A stretch of 64,000 bases of DNA, from positions 1-64,000 of the forward strand of contig OX638340.1 in assembly GCA_951812955.1 (NCBI GenBank), given 5' to 3'. Within the stretch, counting starts at the first letter, position 1. The number at the start of each line of letters is the position of its first letter. This document shows positions 36,984-45,866 of this stretch, piece after piece. Origin of the DNA: an uncultured Gemmatimonadota bacterium (GTDB lineage: Bacteria; JAAXHH01). The notes under the pieces were generated by a model, which saw only the letters and a list, made by a program, of their open reading frames with translations, had not been told where the DNA came from and did not search any database. A program made the position numbers and the translations under genes.

Positions 36984-38363
36984 ATGTCCGTTTCTGCTTA
37001 CAGATTCCATGCCCGTCTCCCCGGCCGGATCGCGATCCCCGGAATCCTGCTCGTGGCCGCCTGTGTCTGCATAGCGGCCATCGGGGACCTGAGGACCGGA
37101 CTGTTCGATCCCAACGCGTACCTGCCCGGGTTCGCGGCCACCCTGGTAACCCTGCCCGACGCCCTGCTGCTTTTCTGGATTCCCTTTGCCGCTGCTTTCG
37201 TCGTCTATACGATCGCCGTCGTACACCAGGTCCGTGCCGACGCTACGCCGGATCGGAGTCCACTCTGGTTCATCCTGGCCGCGGCCATCCTCTGCCGCAT
37301 CGTCCTGCTGTTCAGTCCACCCACGCTTTCCGACGACATCAACCGGTATTTGTGGGACGCCCGGATGCAGTTCCACGGCGTCAATCCCTATGTATATGCG
37401 CCGGAAAGCGAAGATATCGCCCACCTTCGCGATGAATTCCATGGGGGAATCAACAACAAGGATGTCCCGACGGTCTATCCGCCCCTGATGCAGACGGCTT
37501 TCATGGTCGCCGCGTACCTGTGGTACAGTCCAACTTCCATGAAACTGTTCTTCACCCTGTGCGACGTGGGCGTGATCGTGCTCATGATCCTGGTACTCGG
37601 TCGTCGAAACCGTCCGCCGGAGCGGGTGCTCATCTACGCCTGGAATCCCCTCGTCCTCGTTGAAATCTCCGGTAGCGGGCACAACGATTCGCTGCCCGTA
37701 GTCCTCATGCTCGCCGCGTTGCTGGCGGTAGACGGTCAGCGGTCTTACCGGGCGGTAGCCTGGCTCGCCCTTTCCATGCTCGCCAAATGGTTCACCGTCA
37801 TGCTTGTACCGGCCTTCTACCGCAAATTTCGCAGCCTGAAGCCGTTCTGGATCCTGCCGGCCCTGATCTTCGTCTCCTACCTGCCCTATCTCGACGCCGG
37901 TCCGAGCCTGTTCGGCGGACTCCTGGTCTACGGCGACAAATGGCGGTTCAACGACAGTATCTTCTCGATCTTGTTCTATCTGACGGATTCGCTGAACGTG
38001 TCCAAGATCATCGTGGCCACGCTCTTCGCCGGCCTGGTTGCGTATTGCGCGGCCTGGATACCAGATCCATTCCGTTCGGCTTTCATTCTTCTCGGTGCCT
38101 ATCTCGCGCTTACGCCCACGGTGCAACCCTGGTACCTGGTCTGGATCATCCCGTTCCTCTGCCTCTACCCCAACCCGGCATGGATCCTGCTTTCTGGCCT
38201 GGCCGCCCTTTCATACCATGTCGTGATCGGGTTCGTACTCAGCGGGACCTGGCACGAAGAAACCTGGGTTCGCTACGTGCAGTACGTCCCCTTCTACGGC
38301 CTGTTGATCGCGCAGTTTCTGAGGAACGGTTCGTGGCGGAACGCGCTGAAACCGGTTTCCTGA
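36984..38363 (+). CDS. Polytopic GT-C-like glycosyltransferase (DUF2029/GT87-like membrane protein)
   Basis: 459 aa with more than 10 TM. The first-loop motif 'LSDDINRYLWDARMQFHGVNPY' resembles polyprenyl-phosphate-dependent mannosyltransferases. It is divergent from the GT2 gene. Family call is by eye. Confidence 0.6.
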   Translation: MSVSAYRFHARLPGRIAIPGILLVAACVCIAAIGDLRTGLFDPNAYLPGFAATLVTLPDALLLFWIPFAAAFVVYTIAVVHQVRADATPDRSPLWFILAAAILCRIVLLFSPPTLSDDINRYLWDARMQFHGVNPYVYAPESEDIAHLRDEFHGGINNKDVPTVYPPLMQTAFMVAAYLWYSPTSMKLFFTLCDVGVIVLMILVLGRRNRPPERVLIYAWNPLVLVEISGSGHNDSLPVVLMLAALLAVDGQRSYRAVAWLALSMLAKWFTVMLVPAFYRKFRSLKPFWILPALIFVSYLPYLDAGPSLFGGLLVYGDKWRFNDSIFSILFYLTDSLNVSKIIVATLFAGLVAYCAAWIPDPFRSAFILLGAYLALTPTVQPWYLVWIIPFLCLYPNPAWILLSGLAALSYHVVIGFVLSGTWHEETWVRYVQYVPFYGLLIAQFLRNGSWRNALKPVS

Positions 38364-38592
38364 TTCACGCTGAAACAAGCGGGAAAACCCGGGCTGCGCA
38401 CGCATCCCGGCGCACCGGCGTAAATTAACCGGCACAGGGGTCGGATGCAAGGGCTAACGCGTCGCGCCGTGCGATGGCAACAGCCGATTTCGATTGACGA
38501 AATCCCGCCGTGAATGTACACTTCTCCGCCGAATTCGGCACCTTGACCGTTTCGATTACATGACCCCGACCACGTGCATCCCGGAGGAATCC

Positions 38593-39360
38593 ATGCCCGA
38601 TACATCCCTGTTCTCCCTGGAAGGCAAAACCATGATCGTTACTGGTGCGAGCAAGGGCATCGGCAAGGCCGTCGCGCTTGCGGCCGCCAGCGCCGGCGCC
38701 GACCTGGCGATCGGAAGCCGCACCCGGGCCGACCTGGAACTCGTGGCTACCGAGATCCGGTCGATGGGCCGTAGTTGCGCCGTTCATACGGTGGACGTGG
38801 GCAAGGTAGACTCGATCCGCGCGTTCGCGGACAAGGTGCTCGCTGAAGCAGGGGAAATCGACATCCTGGTCAACAACGCCGGGTGCAACCGGATCATGCC
38901 GGTGCTCGAAGTCACCGAAGAAGTGTACGACGAGATTATTGATGTGAACCTGAAAAGCGTATTCTTCCTCAGCCAGGCTCTCGCAGCCCACATGATCGAA
39001 CGAGGCCGCGGCGGCCGCATCATCAACGTTTCCTCCCAGGTGGGCGTGGTCGGCGGTCCATTGCGCGCGGCCTATACCGCGGCCAAGGGCGGCGTGTGCA
39101 CGCTGACCAAATCCATGGCGGCCGAATGGGCGGAGCACGGAATCACCGTGAATGCCGTGGCGCCGACCATGACGCGGACTCCTATGGTGGAGAAAGCGAT
39201 GGAGAACCCGGGATTCCGGGCCAATATCAAGAAGATTCTGCTGGGCCGGATTGCCGAACCGGAAGAAATCGCCAGTTCGATCATCTACCTCGCGTCCGAC
39301 GCCAGCGCCATGGTAACCGGCCACACCATGGTCGTGGACGGCGGATATACGGCCGTCTAA
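38593..39360 (+). CDS. Short-chain dehydrogenase/reductase (classical SDR)
   Basis: Trimmed to ATG 38593, with GGAGG 5 nt upstream. Motifs are 'IVTGASKGIGKA', 'NNAG', 'SS..G' and 'YTAAKGG' (YxxxK). Confidence 0.85.
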   Translation: MPDTSLFSLEGKTMIVTGASKGIGKAVALAAASAGADLAIGSRTRADLELVATEIRSMGRSCAVHTVDVGKVDSIRAFADKVLAEAGEIDILVNNAGCNRIMPVLEVTEEVYDEIIDVNLKSVFFLSQALAAHMIERGRGGRIINVSSQVGVVGGPLRAAYTAAKGGVCTLTKSMAAEWAEHGITVNAVAPTMTRTPMVEKAMENPGFRANIKKILLGRIAEPEEIASSIIYLASDASAMVTGHTMVVDGGYTAV

Positions 39361-39398
39361 CGGCGCGCAACGGCCCACACGGCTACTGCGCGGCCGTT
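39359..39398. terminator. Imperfect GC-rich stem-loop followed by TTT between a convergent gene pair
   Basis: AACGGCGCGCA (39359-39369) pairs with TGCGCGGCCGTT (39387-39398) with a one-nt bulge, followed by 'ttc'. Confidence 0.35.
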
Positions 39399-39465
39399 TC
39401 CTCACCGCTTCCGGTTCATCCCACATCGAGGCCGGTACCGCATCAAGTTCGGTACCACATCAAGG

Positions 39466-40461
39466 TCAGTTCCGCTGGCTTTTGACCAGGGCCCGGGCCC
39501 GGTTGTGCTCGCGGTTGGTGGTGGAGAAGATGTGCGTGCCGTCGCCTCGGGCTACGAAGAAAAGGTAGGGAACCTCCCGGGGATACAGGGCGGCGTGTAT
39601 GGATGCCATCCCGGGGCTGCAGATCGGTCCCGGCGGCAGCCCGTCATGCACGTAGGTGTTGTAGGGCGACGGGTCCGAAAGGTGCTTCTGGTACAGCCTC
39701 ATGTTGGGTCTTCCGATCCCGTATTGGACCGTTGGATCGGCCTCCAGACGAATGCCCCTTCGCAACCTGTTGTGAAACACCCCCGAAATTACCTCCCTTT
39801 CGTCGTCCACCATCGCTTCCTGTTCAATGATGGATGCCAGAGTAACGATCTCGTGTATGCTGTACCCCAGTTCCTCGGCCCGATTTCGGTACTCCGCCGT
39901 AATGGTTTGCAAATAACGGGACGTCATTTGCTTGAGGATGTCATCGACCGTCATGTCGGGGTACATGTTATAGGTCGCGGGATACAGGTATCCTTCCAGG
40001 GTAGACGCGTCGATCCCCAGCGATCGCACTACAGCCGGATCGGCGGACCGGTGTACGAATGCGGTGGAGTCTATACCTATCTTCGCTCGTAGAGTTCGGG
40101 CCGTTTCCGGTATGGTCAGGCCCTCCGGGACGTTGATACGATTGGCCGCGATCCTGCCCTCGGTGAGCATGCTCAGGATCTGGCCGGGGTCCATGTACGC
40201 CTCGATCTCGTAACGGCCCGCGTTGATCCCATGCTCTACCCCCTTGTAACGCGCCACGAATTCGAACAGGATCGCGTGACGTACGACGCCATGGTCTTCC
40301 AGTCCCCGGGCGACCTCGGACAGGGTCATGCCGGGGTCGACGTTGAAGATCAGGGCGTCTTCGCGGGGTACGGGCGTGGTAATAGACTGGTATGCCGCCG
40401 TGAGCAAGGCCGCTCCGGATAGTACGGCAAGTGCGATGACGCCAGGGATCAGTTTCTTCAA
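39466..40461 (-). CDS. mltG: Endolytic murein transglycosylase MltG (YceG family)
   Basis: An N-terminal TM is followed by 'RINVPEGLTIPE', 'LEGYLYPATY', 'LASIIEQEA' and 'NTYVHDGLPPGPICSPG', which are typical YceG motifs. Confidence 0.85.
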   Translation of the reverse strand: MKKLIPGVIALAVLSGAALLTAAYQSITTPVPREDALIFNVDPGMTLSEVARGLEDHGVVRHAILFEFVARYKGVEHGINAGRYEIEAYMDPGQILSMLTEGRIAANRINVPEGLTIPETARTLRAKIGIDSTAFVHRSADPAVVRSLGIDASTLEGYLYPATYNMYPDMTVDDILKQMTSRYLQTITAEYRNRAEELGYSIHEIVTLASIIEQEAMVDDEREVISGVFHNRLRRGIRLEADPTVQYGIGRPNMRLYQKHLSDPSPYNTYVHDGLPPGPICSPGMASIHAALYPREVPYLFFVARGDGTHIFSTTNREHNRARALVKSQRN

Positions 40462-41060
40462 TCTAGGGATTCCGTTTCGTCCGCCGTCCGCCGGCGGGCA
40501 TCCAGGTAGTTCTGCAGCATGATCGTGGCGGCGATTCGGTCCAGGCCGCCCTTGTTCCCCCTGACCTCCATGCCCATTTCGTCCATAGCGCGGCGGGCCG
40601 ATATACTGGTCAGTCTTTCATCCCAGGTACGGACTTCACAGGAAACCCGGTCGCGCAGTTGTCTGGCGAAGGCCTCGACCTTTTCGGCCATTCGGCCCGT
40701 GGTCCCGTCCATGTTAACCGGCAGCCCCAGGACGATTTCGAGGACCTGCTCCGCCTCCGCGGCCTCGGCGATGTGCTCGACGGATTCGCCGACACTCCGC
40801 GTAGCCTTCGTTTCCAGGCCGTGGGCGATCAGACCGGCCGGATCGCTCAGGGCGAGACCGATCCGGCGTTCTCCGAAATCGACGCCGAGTATCCTGCCCT
40901 CCGTGACGCGGCCGATCCCGGCGCTCGCGGACGGGTCGGCATAACCGGGATCAACGGGAATCCCGTCCACATGTTGCCGGGACCCTCCGTAACGCCGCTT
41001 GCGCGACGCCCTGCGTCTCCCTTCCGTCGCGGCACTGTTCGTCCTGTTCTTCCTGGGCAT
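40458..41060 (-). CDS. ruvX: Putative pre-16S rRNA nuclease / Holliday-junction-resolvase-like YqgF, with a ~55-aa basic N-terminal extension
   Basis: The core 'ILGVDFGERRIGLALSDP' and 'VLGLPVNMDGT' are present. The stop overlaps the mltG start. The start is uncertain (ATG 41060 or GTG 40970). Confidence 0.75.
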   Translation of the reverse strand: MPRKNRTNSAATEGRRRASRKRRYGGSRQHVDGIPVDPGYADPSASAGIGRVTEGRILGVDFGERRIGLALSDPAGLIAHGLETKATRSVGESVEHIAEAAEAEQVLEIVLGLPVNMDGTTGRMAEKVEAFARQLRDRVSCEVRTWDERLTSISARRAMDEMGMEVRGNKGGLDRIAATIMLQNYLDARRRTADETESLD

Positions 41061-41096
41061 GTCTTTCTCCCTGTCTCAGCCGGCAGCGGTACCCGT

Positions 41097-41984
41097 TCAG
41101 TGCTTCATAGCCCGTTCCCGCTCGATCATCGGCGGCAGCCCGGTCACGCTGATGCGCCAGAGCAGGCGGCTGTCACGGGGACCGGTGGCGGGTTCCAGCA
41201 CCGTGGCCTTGTGCAGGGTCGAAAAGGTATCCCACGCCCCCGCTTCGCCCACCCTGAAGTCGTACTCCGTCACGTATTCGGGCTTGATGGCGTGGGCGGC
41301 CAGTTCGTCCAGCAGATCGAAGGCCTCGTCATCCGGCATGCCGACGATGCCGAAGGAACTGCCGCAGACGCCGTATAGCGCCTTTCGTCCGGTGACCGGG
41401 TGGCGTTTGACCAGGGGATGATAAACGTTTTCGATCCGGTCCTTCTGGTCCAGCGTCAGTTTTTCCGCGGAGGTCGTTGATTCTTCGTTCAGGTCCGCCC
41501 GGTTGCCATAGTGATGCAGGACGGTCATGCGGTCTATGGCGTCTTTCGTCTTCGCGGGCAAATCGTCGTAGGCGGCCATCTGGTCGGCGAAGTAGGTCGG
41601 GCAGCCCCCATCGGGCCACTGCCTGCCGTACACGACCGTGGAACTGTTGGGCGGGTCCTGGTAGGCCACGTCCGTGTGCCAGAAGGCCGCGCCTTCATAA
41701 ACGCCGATGGGCTGTCCGTCTTCGAAAATGTTGGAGAGGTTGAGTATGGCCGGGTGGTTTTCGTGGCGCAGATGGTCCAGGAAATGAGGCTTCTGCACGC
41801 CGAACTCCCTGGTGAACGCGTCGTAGCGATCGAAGGTCATTTCCTGACGCGGGATCACGATCAGCCCATGGACGTGAAACACCTGGAGGATTTCCCCCAT
41901 GACGGCGGGCTCCAGCGGGCTGGACAGGTCGACCCCGGAGATCTCCATGCCGAATCCGGGCAGAGGTTTAGTGGAAATACGCAT
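41097..41984 (-). CDS. TauD/TfdA-family Fe(II)/2-oxoglutarate dioxygenase
   Basis: Trimmed to ATG 41984 behind GGGAGG. 'FGMEISGVDLS' is the N-terminal family motif, 'WHTDVAY' holds the HxD ligands, and the distal His/Arg region is 'WDTFSTLHKA'. Confidence 0.8.
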   Translation of the reverse strand: MRISTKPLPGFGMEISGVDLSSPLEPAVMGEILQVFHVHGLIVIPRQEMTFDRYDAFTREFGVQKPHFLDHLRHENHPAILNLSNIFEDGQPIGVYEGAAFWHTDVAYQDPPNSSTVVYGRQWPDGGCPTYFADQMAAYDDLPAKTKDAIDRMTVLHHYGNRADLNEESTTSAEKLTLDQKDRIENVYHPLVKRHPVTGRKALYGVCGSSFGIVGMPDDEAFDLLDELAAHAIKPEYVTEYDFRVGEAGAWDTFSTLHKATVLEPATGPRDSRLLWRISVTGLPPMIERERAMKH

Positions 41985-42030
41985 GGCCTTCACCTCCCGT
42001 ACTTCAAGGCGCCATCCGCAATACGCCAAT

Positions 42031-43014
42031 CTATGTCGGCGCGCCGTAGGGACTGTCCTGAAACATCGACTTGAGGTCCTGCGCCCACCCCGTGTCCGGC
42101 AGAAAACGGACACAGTCGTTCCAGCCCGATTCGAGACCCGCGCGGAACAGCGGTTCCGCGGAATCCCGCGGCCATGCGCCTATCAACCGGAACAGCGAAG
42201 GCGAATAAGCGGTGGGTCTCTCCAATTTAACCGCTTCCGGCCGGATCATGCAATGGGCGGCTGCCGGGCTCAACCGGTTTCCGTACCGCGCAAGCAACTC
42301 GTCTACCGGTGTTCCGGTATTCGGCGCCGGTTCGCCTTCCGTTAGGTAAAGCAGTCGCAACAGGGGGAGCATGGCCCCATCGGGCAGCGCGTCGTCCGGA
42401 CATTCGAGCAGGGAGGCATAGACCTCGTCGCCTGCATATTCCGAACCCAGGTCACCCAACCGGCCGTACCGGTCGACGATTTCCGGCGGCGCGGCGCACG
42501 GAACCGGCGCCAGGGTCCTTTCCGGAGGCAGCTCCGTTCCGGCGTCCGATGGGAAAACCTCCCGGTAAGCCGAAAGGGTGGCCCGCTTGACCTCGTACGG
42601 GTACATGTCCGGGTGGAAGTCCTGGACGCGGTCCGCGGCGTACGTGAGCCATCCAGGCGCGTATACGGCCTCGTCGCGGTAAAGACCGGCACGGACAGGA
42701 ACCGTGGCCTCTCCAGCCAGGACCCGCAACTCGCCGGGATCCAGGGGCAGGCCGCGGATGGCCCGGTGCGCCACGTCGAACAGTATCGCCACCCTGGACA
42801 GATCATCGTCCTCTTCGAGCCGCAATGTTGATCTAATGATCTTCTCGGCAGCTCTTCCAAGCCTGCCCAACGGTTCCACCACCGTCCAACTGCCCTTGAT
42901 TTCAGACTGACCCCGGCCGATCCAGCCGCCCCTGTTGAACCAGTTCGCGATCGATCGGACGAGCATGATGGCGACCACTACGAAGAGAGCGACGATGAGT
43001 ATGCGTTGGAACAT
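42031..43014 (-). CDS. Hypothetical membrane-anchored protein (327 aa)
   Basis: An N-terminal TM 'ILIVALFVVVAIMLV' is followed by a soluble domain with no motif I recognise. It sits between the M20 and TauD genes with 6- and 46-bp gaps. Confidence 0.55.
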   Translation of the reverse strand: MFQRILIVALFVVVAIMLVRSIANWFNRGGWIGRGQSEIKGSWTVVEPLGRLGRAAEKIIRSTLRLEEDDDLSRVAILFDVAHRAIRGLPLDPGELRVLAGEATVPVRAGLYRDEAVYAPGWLTYAADRVQDFHPDMYPYEVKRATLSAYREVFPSDAGTELPPERTLAPVPCAAPPEIVDRYGRLGDLGSEYAGDEVYASLLECPDDALPDGAMLPLLRLLYLTEGEPAPNTGTPVDELLARYGNRLSPAAAHCMIRPEAVKLERPTAYSPSLFRLIGAWPRDSAEPLFRAGLESGWNDCVRFLPDTGWAQDLKSMFQDSPYGAPT

Positions 43015-43020
43015 GATGTT

Positions 43021-44196
43021 CTACGGGGCGATTCCCAGCATGTCGACGACGATCCCGCAGTAGGCCCGGGCGACGCGGAGCGTGGATTCGATACTGACGA
43101 ATTCGTTGGCCTGGCAGGTGTTCCCCCCTTCGGGTCCGTACACCAGCGTCGGGATGCCTCCGGTCACGGCAAAATGATTCGTGTCGGCCACGCTTCGCGC
43201 CAGGGCGTAACGCACCGGCCGGCCGAGCTGCTCTTCGACCCGCTTCCTGGCGGACCGGACGAACTTCGAACCGGGATCCACGATATACGGCGCCGGAGCG
43301 GGTGTGGGACGGTCATCCCACGAGACGCGCCACTTCGACTCGATCGACAGGGATTGGATCAGTGCCTCGATATTCTCCACGGCCTGGCCGACCGACTGGC
43401 CGGGCAGAATGTGCCGGTCGAGGACGATCTGCGCGTGTTCCGGTACGAGGATGATGTTCCTCCCACCGCTGATTTCGATTACACAGATCGTACCGCCCAG
43501 GTCGTACTCGTCATTCCATCCCAATTCGATCCGATCCAGCGCGGCAATGATCATGGCCGCGTCATGGACCGCGTTGACGCCTTCGCCCGTGTATGCGGCG
43601 TGCGCCGTCTTGCCCGACAGGTCGATCTTGATCACGTGCCGTCCCCGCGAACCGATGCGGAGTCGGCCGGGCGGCGTGGGTTCGGGTATGAGGCAGCCCT
43701 CGCATCCTTCCAGCAGTCCGCTCTCGATCAGCGCGTGGGCGCCCCGCGACCAGTTCTCCTCGTCCGTCGTGGCGGAGACGATCAGGTCGCCGGAGAGTTC
43801 CGCACCGGACCGCACGATGGCCTCCACCGCGGCGAGCACGGCCGCCGCGCCGGCCTTCATGTCGTGGGCGCCGAGTCCGTATAGACATCCGTCCTTCACC
43901 ACCGGAGACCACGGGTCCGTCTCCCACCCGTCACACGCGTCGAAGGTGTCCTGGTGGAAATTCAGCATGAACGCGCGGCCGTTGCCGCGGCCGGTTATCC
44001 GCGCCGCCAGGCTGTCTCCCGATTCGGCAACCGGAATCCGGCGCACGTCGGCAAGCCCGATCTCCTCCAGGTGTCCGTGGATCATGTCGCCCAGGGCCTT
44101 TTCGTTTCCCGTGACCGATGGCACGGAAACCAGCGCCTCAATCAGTTCCGTAATCCGTTCCGCGGTAATGGTGTTGTAGATGGCGCCTGGGGTCAT
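43021..44196 (-). CDS. M20-family metallopeptidase (ArgE/DapE/CPG2-like)
   Basis: Trimmed to ATG 44196. Motifs are 'LVSVPSVTGNE', 'HQDTF', 'GLGAHDMKAG', 'TTDEE' and a dimerisation-domain insert. Confidence 0.8.
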   Translation of the reverse strand: MTPGAIYNTITAERITELIEALVSVPSVTGNEKALGDMIHGHLEEIGLADVRRIPVAESGDSLAARITGRGNGRAFMLNFHQDTFDACDGWETDPWSPVVKDGCLYGLGAHDMKAGAAAVLAAVEAIVRSGAELSGDLIVSATTDEENWSRGAHALIESGLLEGCEGCLIPEPTPPGRLRIGSRGRHVIKIDLSGKTAHAAYTGEGVNAVHDAAMIIAALDRIELGWNDEYDLGGTICVIEISGGRNIILVPEHAQIVLDRHILPGQSVGQAVENIEALIQSLSIESKWRVSWDDRPTPAPAPYIVDPGSKFVRSARKRVEEQLGRPVRYALARSVADTNHFAVTGGIPTLVYGPEGGNTCQANEFVSIESTLRVARAYCGIVVDMLGIAP

Positions 44197-44295
44197 GTCC
44201 CGTAGTATCGTCTCTGTAGAATTTCGTCCGTATCTGCAGGTCTTTCGCTCATTTTCATGATACAACGTAACGTCCTGTCAGACAAGAGAATTATC

Positions 44296-44324
44296 TTGAC
44301 ATTCAGGGCCCCGATCGTTAGTTA
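44296..44324 (+). promoter_or_regulatory. Possible promoter for lpdA (TTGACA - 17 nt - TAGTTA)
   Basis: There is a perfect -35 TTGACA at 44296-44301, but the -10 candidate TAGTTA at 44319-44324 is poor. GGAG lies 6 nt before ATG 44375. Confidence 0.3.
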
Positions 44325-44374
44325 TACCAGCGCTTTCAAGGCATTTCGGGTTCATCTATTTTATGGAGTAAGAC

Positions 44375-45769
44375 ATGGCATCAGCGCACTATGACGTGGC
44401 GGTGGTCGGCGGCGGTCCCGGCGGGTATGTTTCGGCGATTCGCGCCGCCCAGCTCGGATTGAAATCGGTTGTGATTGAAAAGGACAAACCCGGCGGCGTG
44501 TGCCTGAACTGGGGATGCATACCCACCAAGGCGTTGCTCAAGAACGCCGAACTCGTCCTTACCATGCGTCACGGGGAAGACTACGGCATCTCCTGCGACA
44601 ACCTCCGGTTCGACATGGGCAAGGCCGTGCAGCGAAGCCGGAAGGCCGCCAACACGCTCGCCGGCGGCATCAAGTTCCTACTCAAGAAGAACAATGTGGA
44701 TCTCGTCAGCGGCCACGGCCGGCTGGCATCGGCCGATTCCGTCGTAGTAACCGATGCTGGGGGTGAAACGCAGACCTTAAAGGCCCGTTCGGTCATTCTC
44801 GCGACGGGTTCGCGGTCCAAGGCCATCCCCGCCGTCCCCGTGGACGGAGAGCGTATCATCACCAGTACGGAAGCCATGCTGATCGAAGAACCGCCCGTTT
44901 CGATGACCATTATCGGAGGCGGCGCGATCGGCGTGGAGTTCGCCTACTATTACGCTGCCTACGGGACGAAGGTCACCATCGTCGAAATGCTGCCCCACCT
45001 CCTGCCCGTGGAAGACGAAGAGATCAGTGAAACGCTGGAGAAGAGCTTCGCGAAGCTGGGTATCGAAATCAAGACCGGGGCGCGTGTCGAAACGGCCGAA
45101 TCGGGTCCGGACGGAACGGCCGTGACCGTTACCGTCAACGGGGAACAGGAGACCCTGAAGGCCGACGTTACGCTGCTGGCCATAGGACGCGACGCGAACG
45201 TCGAGGATATAGGGCTGCAGGAACTCGGCGTGGAGACCGACAGAGGTTTCATCAAGGTGGATGAAAACTGTCAGACGTCGGTATCCGGTGTATACGCCAT
45301 CGGCGACGTCACGGGACCGCCCCTCCTCGCCCACAAGGCCTCTGCGGAAGGGATCAACCTGGTGGAACGGCTCGCGGGCCATTCAGCCCCGCCCATCGAT
45401 CGGGGAAACATCCCCGCGTGCACCTATTGCCAACCCCAGGTAGCCAGTGTCGGACTTACCGAAGCCCAGGCCGCAGAAGAACGCGAAATCCAGGTGTTCC
45501 GCATGCCCTACCGCTCCAGCGGCAAGGCCGTGGCCGTCGGGCAGACGGACGGCATGGTCAAGCTGATCGCTGACGCAAAGTACGGCGAGATACTCGGCGC
45601 GCACATCATCGGCGCGGACGCCACCGAACTGATCGCGGAGATCTGCACCGCGCGCACGTTGGAATCGACCACCCGGGAACTGCACAAGACCATACACGCC
45701 CACCCCACGCTGTCGGAACTGGTCATGGAAGCCGCCGCCGGGATGGAAGGCGCCGCGATCCACATCTAG
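44375..45769 (+). CDS. lpdA: Dihydrolipoyl dehydrogenase (E3)
   Basis: 'DVAVVGGGPGGYVSAIRAAQLG', the redox disulfide 'GGVCLNWGCIPTKAL', 'IIGGGAIGVEFA' and the C-terminal 'HAHPTLSE' are present. Confidence 0.93.
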   Translation: MASAHYDVAVVGGGPGGYVSAIRAAQLGLKSVVIEKDKPGGVCLNWGCIPTKALLKNAELVLTMRHGEDYGISCDNLRFDMGKAVQRSRKAANTLAGGIKFLLKKNNVDLVSGHGRLASADSVVVTDAGGETQTLKARSVILATGSRSKAIPAVPVDGERIITSTEAMLIEEPPVSMTIIGGGAIGVEFAYYYAAYGTKVTIVEMLPHLLPVEDEEISETLEKSFAKLGIEIKTGARVETAESGPDGTAVTVTVNGEQETLKADVTLLAIGRDANVEDIGLQELGVETDRGFIKVDENCQTSVSGVYAIGDVTGPPLLAHKASAEGINLVERLAGHSAPPIDRGNIPACTYCQPQVASVGLTEAQAAEEREIQVFRMPYRSSGKAVAVGQTDGMVKLIADAKYGEILGAHIIGADATELIAEICTARTLESTTRELHKTIHAHPTLSELVMEAAAGMEGAAIHI

Positions 45770-45866
45770 GATACCCGCGGTCAACCCGCGCTTCGATCCG
45801 TTCCGTTTCCGCGGGGGCTGGCGCGTCGCCCGATGACGGCCTCCACAGGCCAGGGCGGGTTCGACC

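Noticed and set aside
44375-45769. A stand-alone lpdA without adjacent E1/E2 genes, as a possible anomaly.
   Set aside because: Orphan E3 genes are common, and other complex components may lie elsewhere in the genome. This cannot be assessed from one window.
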